64,000 bases of DNA from an uncultured delta proteobacterium (GTDB lineage Bacteria; Desulfobacterota; Binatia; JACPRU01): the NCBI GenBank assembly GCA_963745025.1, contig CAVUWD010000014.1:192001-256000 (forward strand). Reading direction: 5' to 3'. Below are positions 1 through 8,465 of the stretch, one piece after another. Position 1 is the first letter of the stretch, and every line of letters starts with the position of its first letter. The position numbers and the translations under genes were made by a program. The notes beneath the pieces were generated by a model, which was not told the DNA's origin, did not search any database, and saw nothing but the letters and a program-made list of their open reading frames with translations.

Positions 1-69
1 CATCAGTGTCATCACCGCGCAACCCACCACGAACGCCCACACGAAGGGGTTGCGGAGAACCGGCTTCAT
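1..69 (-). CDS. 5' end of a membrane-anchored protein running off the window (possibly SCO/SenC family)
   Basis: ATG at 69 reads MKPVLRNPFVWAFVVGCAVMTLM (TM anchor), 2 nt after the stop of the upstream gene; SCO call rests on context only. Confidence 0.35.
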   Translation of the reverse strand, partial: MKPVLRNPFVWAFVVGCAVMTLM

Positions 70-71
70 CC

Positions 72-335
72 TTAGCGAACGAGCTTCTCGAGGATGGCCG
101 CGTACTTGTGCTGGCGCAGATTCTGTCGGGCGTTCAGCAAGATCAGCAGAATGATGACGGCCCGCGGGGCCAGCGAGAAGCTCGGATCGCGCGCCCGCTC
201 GATGCCGTAGACGATCGCCAGCAGCGCGGCGACGGCAATCGAGACGTCCGAGATCCTGCGAAAGAGCCCTTTGCGGCGAATCGCCTTGGCGGCGAACGCG
301 CGCTCGGCGTCCGTCATCGTTTCGGGCTCACCCAT
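72..335 (-). CDS. small hypothetical membrane protein (2 TM)
   Basis: 87-aa ORF with two hydrophobic stretches, divergent from actA. Confidence 0.6.
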   Translation of the reverse strand: MGEPETMTDAERAFAAKAIRRKGLFRRISDVSIAVAALLAIVYGIERARDPSFSLAPRAVIILLILLNARQNLRQHKYAAILEKLVR

Positions 336-715
336 TCGTGAGCCGCTGCTTTTGGCAGAGTCCGCGCACGAATTCTAGCCCGCGGATCGCGCGTCGCGGT
401 CGGCGGGCGAGATGCTGAGAACCCGGGGAAAATCACCTTGACCTGTTCCCGGTCGCTACGATAAGCACGCGGGCGAAATTCAGATTCCTGCATCAGAGGA
501 GGGAGTAGGAACATTGCTTCGATCCGTCGCACTGGAAATCGAGACAGCCGATCGGCAGCGCGACTAACCGAAGCAACGTCCCTACTCCCTTCAGATTCCT
601 TCCGGACACGCGGTTCGATGTGAGGAGGAGAGACGTCGGGTTGAGGGCAAGAAGCCGCCCTTCGGGCGGCCTCGCTGCGTAAGCTGCAGCGACGCGGGCG
701 GTCGGGTTCAGGCCA

Positions 716-1363
716 GTGGCACAAATCTTCCCCGAAAGGATGAATCAGCTTCCGCTGGTCCTCGGCGTCGCGCTGCCGCTCGGGCTCGTCGTCGTCGTCA
801 GCTTCGTCTGGTACTACTTCTCCCCCTGGTACACCGACGTCGGCTACCAGCCGACACAGCCCGTCGCCTACAGCCACCGCCTCCACGCCGGCGACCTGGA
901 GATCAACTGTCGTTACTGCCACGCGATGGTGGAGATTTCGCCGGCCGCTGGCGTGCCACCGACGCAGATGTGCATGAATTGCCACACGTTGTCGATGAAA
1001 GACAGCCCACTCCTCCAGCCCATCCGTGACAGCGCCGCGACCAACATGCCGATGCGGTGGGTGAGGGTTCACGAGCTACCGGACTATGCATATTTCGAGC
1101 ACGCCTCCCATCTTCGCGCCGGTGTGGGTTGCGTCAGCTGTCACGGACGCATCGATCAGATGGAGGTCGTTCGGCAGGAGAAGCCGCTCAGCATGAGCTG
1201 GTGCCTCGATTGCCACCGCGACCCCGGACCGGAACTCCGGCCGGTCGATCAAGTGACGAACATGCGCTGGATTCCGCCATCGAACCATTCCGAGTGGGCG
1301 AGACGGGCGATCCAGGAACGCCACATCCAGCCGCCCGTAGACTGCTCGGGGTGCCACCGGTGA
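716..1363 (+). CDS. actA: alternative complex III subunit A, pentaheme cytochrome c
   Basis: N-terminal TM; five CxxCH motifs (CRYCH, CMNCH, CVSCH, CLDCH, CSGCH); YSPWYTDVGYQPTQP and WVRVHELPDY signatures. Confidence 0.93.
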   Translation: MAQIFPERMNQLPLVLGVALPLGLVVVVSFVWYYFSPWYTDVGYQPTQPVAYSHRLHAGDLEINCRYCHAMVEISPAAGVPPTQMCMNCHTLSMKDSPLLQPIRDSAATNMPMRWVRVHELPDYAYFEHASHLRAGVGCVSCHGRIDQMEVVRQEKPLSMSWCLDCHRDPGPELRPVDQVTNMRWIPPSNHSEWARRAIQERHIQPPVDCSGCHR

Positions 1364-4300
1364 AGCCGCGAAGCGGGGCTACCTTGGTAGGTTGGATGGG
1401 CGGAGACGAGGTCGCGACCAACGGGAGCGATCTAACGACGAACTCCCCCAGGGACGGGGGAGCGGTCGGTGGTAGCGGTGGGGTTCCCGCGAAGCACGAG
1501 CGTCCCATGCCGCGAAGCGGGGCCAGGGACGGGGGAGGCGCTGGTGGCAGCGGCGGGGTTCCTGCGGAGCAGGAGCGTCCCAGAACGCGTATGCGCTATT
1601 GGCGGAGCCTCGCCGAGCTCGAGAGCGACCCGGAGTTCCGCACCGCCGCGGGCCGCGAGTTTCCGGAGGGGGCCGCCGATCCGCCCGATGGCATCACGCG
1701 CCGGACGATGTTGCAGCTGATGGGTGCGTCGCTCTCGCTCGCGGGTCTCGCCGCGTGCCGACGGCCGGTCGATGCGATCGTTCCCTACGTGAACGCCCCG
1801 GAGGGGATCGTTCCTGGCGTGCCGCTCCGCTACGCGACGACGATGCCGTTCGGCGTCAACGCGCTCGGCCTCGTCGTCGAGAGCCACGAGGGGCGGCCGA
1901 CCAAGATCGAAGGAAACGAGCTCCATCCCTCGTCGCTCGGCGCGGCCAGCGCCTGGACGCAGGCTGCGATCTTCGATCTGTACGATCCCGACCGCGCACG
2001 CGCCTTCCTCTACCAGAACTTCGAATCCACTTGGGCGAAGTTCGTCGCGTACTGGAAACAAATCCACGAGGCTCTGGCCGCGGATCAGGGAGCGAGCCTC
2101 GCGGTGGTTCTCGAGCCGTCTTCCTCGCCGACCACCGCGCGCCTGGTCGCGGCGCTGAAACGCCGCTTCCCGAGCGCGCGGATCGTCGCGTACGCCCCGC
2201 TCGGCGACGAGAACGTCTACGCGGGCGTCGCGGCGGCGACCGGCGCCCTCTACGAGCCGGTGCATCATTTCGACAAGGCGCGGGTGATCCTCTCGCTCGA
2301 CTGCGATTTCCTGCTCGAGGACCGCGACTCGCTGCGCTACGCGCGCGGCATCGCCGACGGGCGGCGGATGGCGTCGGCGAAGGAGTCGATGAATCGCTCG
2401 TACGTGGTCGAGAGCACGCTGACGATCACCGGCATCGCCGCGGATCATCGGCTGCGGCTCCCGAGCGCTCAGATCGCCGCGTTCACCGCCGCGCTGGCCG
2501 CGGCGCTCGGGGTCGGAGCCGCAGCCGCGCCCGGCGGCGACTTCGATCGGAAATGGCTTCAGGCGCTGGCGCGCGATCTGCAGGCGAACGCGGGAAAGAG
2601 CCTGATCGTCGCCGGCGCCCACCAGCCCGCCGCGGTTCACGCCGCGGTCGCGGCGTTGAACGGCGCGCTCGGCAACGTCGGTGCGACGGTCACCTACGTA
2701 GACGCGAAGGAGACGATGCGCTCGAGCACGGCCGAGCTCGGGCAGCTGGCTGCCGACATGCAGGCGGGCAAGGTGAAGGCGGCGGTCGTCGTGGGCGGCA
2801 ACCCCGTCTACGACGCGCCGGCCGACTTCGAGTTCGGTAAGGCGCTCTCCAAGGTCGAGAAGCGGATTCGCGTCGGCCGCCACGCCGACGAGACGTCCGC
2901 GAAATGCGACTGGCACATTCCCGAGGCGCACTTCCTCGAGTCCTGGGGTGACGTGCGCGCGGTCGGCGGCCCGCTTTCGGTCGTTCAGCCGCTCATCGAG
3001 CCGCTATTCGGCGGCAAGAGCACGATCGAGATACTCGCGCTTCTCGAATCGGCCGAGGAGAAATCCGGCTACGACTTGGTGCGCGAGACCTGGAAGCCCA
3101 TCCTCGGCGCGGATTTCGACCGCAGCTGGAATCGCGTGCTCCACGACGGTCTGCTCAAGGGCAGCGAGCCGTCGCCGGCCGCACCGCGGATCGACGCGAA
3201 GGTGGTCGCGGACCTCGCCAAGAGCCCGCCGGCCCCGAGCGCAGATAGCTTCGAGGTCGTATTTCGCGCGTCCGCCGCGGTCTACGACGGCCGCTACGCC
3301 AACAATGCGTGGCTGCAAGAGCTGCCCGAGCCGGTGAGCAAGCTCACCTGGGACAATGCGGCGATCGTCTCCGCCGACACCGGGCGCGCGCTCGGCGTGA
3401 AGACCGGCGACCTCGTGCGGCTGAAGCTCCGCGACCGCGAGCTCCTCGCTCCGGTGATGATTCTCCCCGGTAACGCCGACCATTCGGTCACGCTGGCTCT
3501 CGGTTACGGCCGAACCGCGGCCGGGAGAGTCGGCAACGGCGTGGGCGTTAATGCCTACGCCCTGCGCATCTCCGCAGCGCCCGGGTTCGCCGTCGGCGCC
3601 GAGCTCGCCAAGGCGGGCGGCACGCACCGGCTCGTCACCACGCACGATCACTGGTCGACCGAGGGCCGCGTGATCGTCCAGGAGGCGGCGCTCGAGGAGT
3701 ACCGCAAGCACCCCGACGTCGCCCATGAGCACGAGGCCGAGGTCCATCCCCAGGAGTCGCTCTGGAAGGAGCGCAAGTCCGAGGGCCCACAGTGGGGGAT
3801 GACGATCGACCTGAACTCCTGCATTGGCTGCAACGCCTGCGTCGTCGCCTGCCAGAGCGAGAACAACATCCCGTCGGTCGGCAAGGACGAGGTCTCGCGC
3901 GGGCGCGAGATGCACTGGATCCGCGTCGATCGGTACTTCGCGGGCACGAAGGAAGACCCCGAGTCGATCGTCTTCCAGCCGGTGCCGTGCCAGCATTGCG
4001 AGAACGCCCCCTGCGAGCAGGTCTGCCCGGTAGCCGCGACCGTTCACGACGAGCAGGGCCTGAACGTCATGGTCTACAACCGCTGCATCGGCACCCGCTA
4101 TTGCTCGAACAACTGCCCTTACAAGGTGCGCCGCTTCAACTTCTACAACCTCACCAAGGACACGCCCGAGATCCTCAAGATGGCGATGAACCCGGACGTG
4201 ACCGTTCGCGCGCGCGGCGTGATGGAGAAGTGCTCGTACTGCGTGCAGCGGATCAACCGCGGCAAGATCGACGCCAAGCTCGCCGGCAAGAACCTCGAGG

Positions 4301-4503
4301 ACGGCGACGTACGAACCGCGTGCCAGCAGACCTGCCCGACGCAGGCGATCACCTTCGGAGACATCCACGATCCGAAGAGCATGGTCTCGACGCTGAAGGG
4401 CTCGGACCGAAACTACACCCTGCTCCCCGAGCTGAACGCCCGCCCGCGCACGACGTATCTGATGCGGCTGCGGAATCCCAACCCGGAGATCGAGAAGTCA
4501 TGA
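1360..4503 (+). CDS. actB: alternative complex III subunit B (molybdopterin-oxidoreductase-like domain plus 4Fe-4S domain, Tat-exported)
   Basis: YWRSL motif, Tat TRRTMLQ and LAAC lipobox; CIGCNACVVAC, CQHCENAPCEQVCP, CIGTRYCSNNCPY, EKCSYC, ACQQTCP; start at GTG 1360 (coupled to actA stop) or ATG 1591. Confidence 0.93.
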   Translation: MKPRSGATLVGWMGGDEVATNGSDLTTNSPRDGGAVGGSGGVPAKHERPMPRSGARDGGGAGGSGGVPAEQERPRTRMRYWRSLAELESDPEFRTAAGREFPEGAADPPDGITRRTMLQLMGASLSLAGLAACRRPVDAIVPYVNAPEGIVPGVPLRYATTMPFGVNALGLVVESHEGRPTKIEGNELHPSSLGAASAWTQAAIFDLYDPDRARAFLYQNFESTWAKFVAYWKQIHEALAADQGASLAVVLEPSSSPTTARLVAALKRRFPSARIVAYAPLGDENVYAGVAAATGALYEPVHHFDKARVILSLDCDFLLEDRDSLRYARGIADGRRMASAKESMNRSYVVESTLTITGIAADHRLRLPSAQIAAFTAALAAALGVGAAAAPGGDFDRKWLQALARDLQANAGKSLIVAGAHQPAAVHAAVAALNGALGNVGATVTYVDAKETMRSSTAELGQLAADMQAGKVKAAVVVGGNPVYDAPADFEFGKALSKVEKRIRVGRHADETSAKCDWHIPEAHFLESWGDVRAVGGPLSVVQPLIEPLFGGKSTIEILALLESAEEKSGYDLVRETWKPILGADFDRSWNRVLHDGLLKGSEPSPAAPRIDAKVVADLAKSPPAPSADSFEVVFRASAAVYDGRYANNAWLQELPEPVSKLTWDNAAIVSADTGRALGVKTGDLVRLKLRDRELLAPVMILPGNADHSVTLALGYGRTAAGRVGNGVGVNAYALRISAAPGFAVGAELAKAGGTHRLVTTHDHWSTEGRVIVQEAALEEYRKHPDVAHEHEAEVHPQESLWKERKSEGPQWGMTIDLNSCIGCNACVVACQSENNIPSVGKDEVSRGREMHWIRVDRYFAGTKEDPESIVFQPVPCQHCENAPCEQVCPVAATVHDEQGLNVMVYNRCIGTRYCSNNCPYKVRRFNFYNLTKDTPEILKMAMNPDVTVRARGVMEKCSYCVQRINRGKIDAKLAGKNLEDGDVRTACQQTCPTQAITFGDIHDPKSMVSTLKGSDRNYTLLPELNARPRTTYLMRLRNPNPEIEKS
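1448..1595 (+). repeat. two tandem copies of a ~60-70 bp GGGACG...CGTCCC element
   Basis: ccagggacgggggag...ggggttcc(c/t)gcg(a/g)agca(c/g)gagcgtccca at 1448 and 1523; third copy inverted at 8468-8556. Confidence 0.85.
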
Positions 4504-5291
4504 CGATGACGCTGGGGATTGCTGAGCGCTGGATTTTTCGATCGGCCCGTACTCGGGGCGATCGAAAAATCCAGCCCCCGCGCGGAGCGCGGAATGCGGC
4601 TCTCCCGCGCTCCGCGCGGTTGCGGGCGGTTGCGGTCGACCCGAGTACGGATCGACCGCGACCGCCCGCGCGTTCCGTCTTACCGAAACGTTCGTGGGCA
4701 GAGACTGAGGGGTTACTTCTCCTCGTGTTGCTCTCTTCCGCCGCCGCGGTCGTCAGTCTCGAGGGCTGCATGCGGGGGTGCACCTCGTCGAGCCCGCCGA
4801 TCCATGTGAACTCGAGCATGTTCAATCAACCGAAGTATCGGCCTTATGCGTCGAGCGACTTCTTCTACGACGGCAAGGCGATGCGCGCGCCGGTGCCCGG
4901 CACCATCGCGCGCGGCCATCTGCCCGAAGACGTGGCGCTCGAAACCGGCAAGAACGCCGACGGCTCGCCGCTCGCCACCTCGCCGATCAACGTCGACGAG
5001 GCCCTTCTCTCGCGCGGCCGCGAGCGCTTCGACATCTATTGCAGGCCCTGCCACGACGAGCGCGGCGAGGGCAAAGGCATCCTCTTCCAGCGCGCCAAGG
5101 TGCCGACCGCCAACCTGCTCGAGAAGCGGTTCCGAGAGATGCCCGACGGCACGATCTTCGACACCCTCACCAACGGCAAAGGCCTGATGCCCGCCTACCG
5201 CTACCCCGTCCGCCCCCGGGACCGCTGGGCGATCATCGCCTACGTGCGGAGCCTCCAGAAGGCGGAGACGGAAAGGGAGGCGTCACGGTGA
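4500..5291 (+). CDS. actE: alternative complex III subunit E, monoheme cytochrome c lipoprotein
   Basis: LEGC lipobox, M..QPKY, FYDGKAMRAPVPGTIARG, CRPCH, GLMPAY, DRWAIIAYVRSLQ; ATG overlaps the actB stop. Confidence 0.88.
   Translation: MTMTLGIAERWIFRSARTRGDRKIQPPRGARNAALPRSARLRAVAVDPSTDRPRPPARSVLPKRSWAETEGLLLLVLLSSAAAVVSLEGCMRGCTSSSPPIHVNSSMFNQPKYRPYASSDFFYDGKAMRAPVPGTIARGHLPEDVALETGKNADGSPLATSPINVDEALLSRGRERFDIYCRPCHDERGEGKGILFQRAKVPTANLLEKRFREMPDGTIFDTLTNGKGLMPAYRYPVRPRDRWAIIAYVRSLQKAETEREASR
4528..4669. repeat. three-hairpin structured repeat, copy 1
   Basis: stems 4528-4544/4559-4575, 4578-4592/4605-4619 and 4622-4639/4652-4669; homologous to 28219-28383. Confidence 0.88.
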
Positions 5292-7162
5292 ATCGCCGCG
5301 TCCTGATCGGCTTGACGGTCGGCGCCGTGATGCTGGTCGCGGTGACGCTGCGCGTTTGGGTGGCGCTCAACGACCATGCGTACCATCCGCCGATCCGTTC
5401 CACGGAGGTCCAACCCGTGCCCCGCGATCGAGGGATCGCGGACATGCGCAACGCGCAGGAAGAGAAAGCCAAGGCCAAGAAGTACGAGCCGCCGTCCTAC
5501 CGAACCTTCCCCGTCGTCGGCAGCCGCGTGGCCGTTTGGGTGGTCGCCGAGCTGCACCTCATGTTCGCGGCCTTCGTGCTCGCCGTCCCGATGTTCGCCT
5601 TCATCATCGAGCTCATCGGCTACATCACCGGCGACAAGCGCTACGACCGGCTGGCGTTCGAGTTCACCAAGCTCTTGTCGACATCCTTCTCGTTTACGGC
5701 GAGCTTCGGCGGGTTCCTGACCTTCCTGCTGATCATGCTCTACCCGGCCTTCACGAACTATTTGATGGAAGTCTTCTCGCCGACGTTCTTGCCGTACGTC
5801 GGGCTCTTCTTCTTCGAGGCAGGGTTCCTCTACAGCTACTACTACGGCTGGGGAAAGTTTCACCCGCTCGTCCACCTCGGGCTCGGCCTCGGCATCAACG
5901 TCGTCGGTACCCTGATCATGGCGATCGCCAATGCCTGGGCGTCGTTCATGATGACGCCGCAGGGCGTCTCCGACAGCGGAGCGCTCATCGACCTCTACGC
6001 CGCATTCGACAACTACTCGTGGATGCCGATCAACATCCACCGCTTCATCGGCAATATCGCCTTCGGCGGCTCGGTGGCCGCGGCCTACGCGGCCTGGAAG
6101 TTCCTGCACGCCACGAGCGACGAGGAGCGCGCGCATTACGATTGGATGGGCTACATCGGCAACTTCGTTGCGATCAGCGCGTTCCTGCCGCTGCCGTTCG
6201 CCGGCTACTACCTCGCGAAGGAGATTTACGCCTACAACCAGGCGCTCGGCATCATGATGATGGGCGGCGCGTTCTCCTGGCTGTTCATGATCCAGGCGGT
6301 GCTGATCGGCAACCTCTTCCTGGCTGCAAACTACTACCTTTGGCTCGGCATGGGCCGAGTGGAGGGCGTACAGGCGTACCAGAAGTACGTAAAGTACCTG
6401 CTGGCGACGATCGCCGTTTGCTTCGCGGTGTGGGCGACGCCGCGTTCGATCATCGCTACCACCACCGAGATCCGCGCGATGGGCGGCACGCTGCACCCGA
6501 TCCTCGGCTACCTCGGCGTGATGTCGGCGAAGAATACCGCGGTGAACGTGCTGATCCTCACCACCTACGTGAGCTTTCTCTTCTACCGCCGGACCGGCAA
6601 GCGGCCGACGGTGTCGTGGGCCAAGCTCGGCAACCTCGCCCAGTTTCTGATCTTCGCCGCCGCCACGTCGACCGTGATCTTCTACGGCATCTACGGCTAC
6701 TTCGTCGAGGCGGCGGTGCGCATTGGTTTCTCCGTGCCGCAGGTACTGTCGGTGCTCGTGGCGATGGTGGCGATGACGGTGATCGACATCTTCCTGATGC
6801 GAGGCGCCGAGGCCACGGGCGAGACGCACTGGGGCAAGATCCCCGCGATCTCGCAGTACGTTCTGATCTTCATCGCCGTGACGTTCACGTGGCTCATGGG
6901 GCTGATGGGCTATGTCCGCTCGGGCCTCCGCCAACACTGGCACGTGTACGGCGTTTTGCAGGATTCTTCTCCCGATGCCTTCACGCCCACGCTGGGATTC
7001 GCTGCCAACGTCGTCTCGGTCTGCGTGATCCTCTTCTTTGCGCTCATCGCCTTCGTCTTCTGGCTCGCGAGCCTGCACGACAAGAAGGACTGGGGCGGAG
7101 AGCAATCCGACGAGCAGAGTCACGCCGGCCACGCACCGAAGAGGGTGTCGGCGGCCTCATGA
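5288..7162 (+). CDS. cytochrome bd-like oxidase subunit I (CydA superfamily, Nitrospirota-type 'bd-like'); no CydB
   Basis: polytopic; ELHLMFAAF, NIHRFIGN, FFFEAGFL, GLMGYVRSGLRQHWHVYG motifs match CydA heme-binding segments. Confidence 0.82.
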   Translation: MNRRVLIGLTVGAVMLVAVTLRVWVALNDHAYHPPIRSTEVQPVPRDRGIADMRNAQEEKAKAKKYEPPSYRTFPVVGSRVAVWVVAELHLMFAAFVLAVPMFAFIIELIGYITGDKRYDRLAFEFTKLLSTSFSFTASFGGFLTFLLIMLYPAFTNYLMEVFSPTFLPYVGLFFFEAGFLYSYYYGWGKFHPLVHLGLGLGINVVGTLIMAIANAWASFMMTPQGVSDSGALIDLYAAFDNYSWMPINIHRFIGNIAFGGSVAAAYAAWKFLHATSDEERAHYDWMGYIGNFVAISAFLPLPFAGYYLAKEIYAYNQALGIMMMGGAFSWLFMIQAVLIGNLFLAANYYLWLGMGRVEGVQAYQKYVKYLLATIAVCFAVWATPRSIIATTTEIRAMGGTLHPILGYLGVMSAKNTAVNVLILTTYVSFLFYRRTGKRPTVSWAKLGNLAQFLIFAAATSTVIFYGIYGYFVEAAVRIGFSVPQVLSVLVAMVAMTVIDIFLMRGAEATGETHWGKIPAISQYVLIFIAVTFTWLMGLMGYVRSGLRQHWHVYGVLQDSSPDAFTPTLGFAANVVSVCVILFFALIAFVFWLASLHDKKDWGGEQSDEQSHAGHAPKRVSAAS

Positions 7163-7653
7163 GATCCCCGGTCGGCGTCAACGTGGTCTTGGTGGTGGTC
7201 GGCACGACGCTCTTCTACACCTACGTCGGCCAGCTCGTGCCGCAAAAGCAGCTGCAGCCGCCGCCGAAGGTCGAGATCACCCAGGACATGACGCCGGCCC
7301 AGCTCGCCAAGATCGGCGACCAGATCGCGCATAGCAAGGGCCTTTGTACGACTTGCCACACGATCGGCAGCAAGGAGGCGACGCTTCGGTTCCCCGATCT
7401 CGCGGGGGTCGCCGAGCGCGCGAAGACACGGGTCGCTGGTTTCGACCAGCTTCAATACTTCGCGCAGACGCTCTGCGACCCGAACGCCTTCATCGTGCCG
7501 GGCTTCACCCCAGGGATGCCGACGATCAACAAGGCGCCGGTCGGGCTCTCCGACGAGGAGCTCCACGCGGTGATCGCCTGGCTGCAGAGCCAGGGTGGGG
7601 AGCCGACGATCACGCTCAAGGAGAAGCTGCCGTACTGCGGAGGAGCGTCGTGA
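7159..7653 (+). CDS. monoheme cytochrome c, N-terminally anchored
   Basis: CTTCH, PDL, DPNAFIVPGF.PGMP. Confidence 0.85.
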   Translation: MRSPVGVNVVLVVVGTTLFYTYVGQLVPQKQLQPPPKVEITQDMTPAQLAKIGDQIAHSKGLCTTCHTIGSKEATLRFPDLAGVAERAKTRVAGFDQLQYFAQTLCDPNAFIVPGFTPGMPTINKAPVGLSDEELHAVIAWLQSQGGEPTITLKEKLPYCGGAS

Positions 7654-8465
7654 AACTCGCGGTCGTCCTCCCGATCCTTGCGGCGATGGTATTGCTCCGC
7701 CTGCTGCGGGCGGGCGTGCTCCCGTGGATCGTCGCCTGGTGGGTCGGGCTGTACGTCACCTTCAACTACGGCTTCGTGACGCCGATCCCCGCTTCGGCCG
7801 TCCACATCTACATGGCGATCGCGACGCTCGCGCTCTTCGCCTACGCGATGTCGAGCCGCGAGCGCTCGCGCGGAACGTTCGCACCGATCCTCGAGTTCGC
7901 CACCAATCGTCGCTACACGCTGCCGCTCGCCCTGGTCGCGGCCGCGATCCCCGGCCTCGTCGCCTGGGGCGTGTACGCGAGCCTGAGCCAGCCCATCCAG
8001 CCGCCGTTCTTCGGTCGCACGGTGCACCCGTCCCCACCCGCGGACATCTCCTCCCACGGCCAGAAGATCGATCTCCTGCGCGGCGAGGATCCCTTCCGCG
8101 CGCTCGAGAAGACTGACCCGAAGGCGTTCGTGCAGCACGTCGAGAACGGCCGGCGCATTTACTACAGCAATTGCTTCTTCTGCCACGGCGACGCGCTCGG
8201 CGGCGACGGCATGTTCGCCTACGGACTGAGCCCCGTGCCGGCGAATTTCCAGGACTCCGGCGTGCTACCGATGTTCCAGGAGACGTTCTTCTTCTGGAGA
8301 ATCGCCAAGGGCGGCCCCGGCATGCCCGATGAAGGCGCGCCGGGTGACTCGGCCATGCCCGAGTGGGAACGCTTCCTTACCAACGACCAGATCTGGGAAG
8401 TGATTCTCTTTCTCTACAGCGACACGGGGTATCGGCCGCGCTCCTGGGAAGAGGCGGCCAAGTGA
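7650..8465 (+). CDS. membrane-bound monoheme cytochrome c
   Basis: about 4 TM segments, then CFFCHG, PANF, FWRIAKGGPGMP, SAMPEWE. Confidence 0.85.
   Translation: MKLAVVLPILAAMVLLRLLRAGVLPWIVAWWVGLYVTFNYGFVTPIPASAVHIYMAIATLALFAYAMSSRERSRGTFAPILEFATNRRYTLPLALVAAAIPGLVAWGVYASLSQPIQPPFFGRTVHPSPPADISSHGQKIDLLRGEDPFRALEKTDPKAFVQHVENGRRIYYSNCFFCHGDALGGDGMFAYGLSPVPANFQDSGVLPMFQETFFFWRIAKGGPGMPDEGAPGDSAMPEWERFLTNDQIWEVILFLYSDTGYRPRSWEEAAK

Noticed and set aside
590-622. SRP-RNA-like string on the - strand (gaaccgcgt-gtccggaaggaa)
   Set aside because: Lacks the conserved CAGG and GCAGC of the SRP domain IV loop and has no supporting stem
1057-1359. Long N-terminal extension of actB in the ORF track
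   Set aside because: Overlaps actA in another frame; an artefact of GC-rich open frames
1360-4503. Nitrite oxidoreductase or catalytic Mo enzyme
   Set aside because: Architecture and motifs are those of fused ActB; no NxrA/NarG-type subunit is in the window
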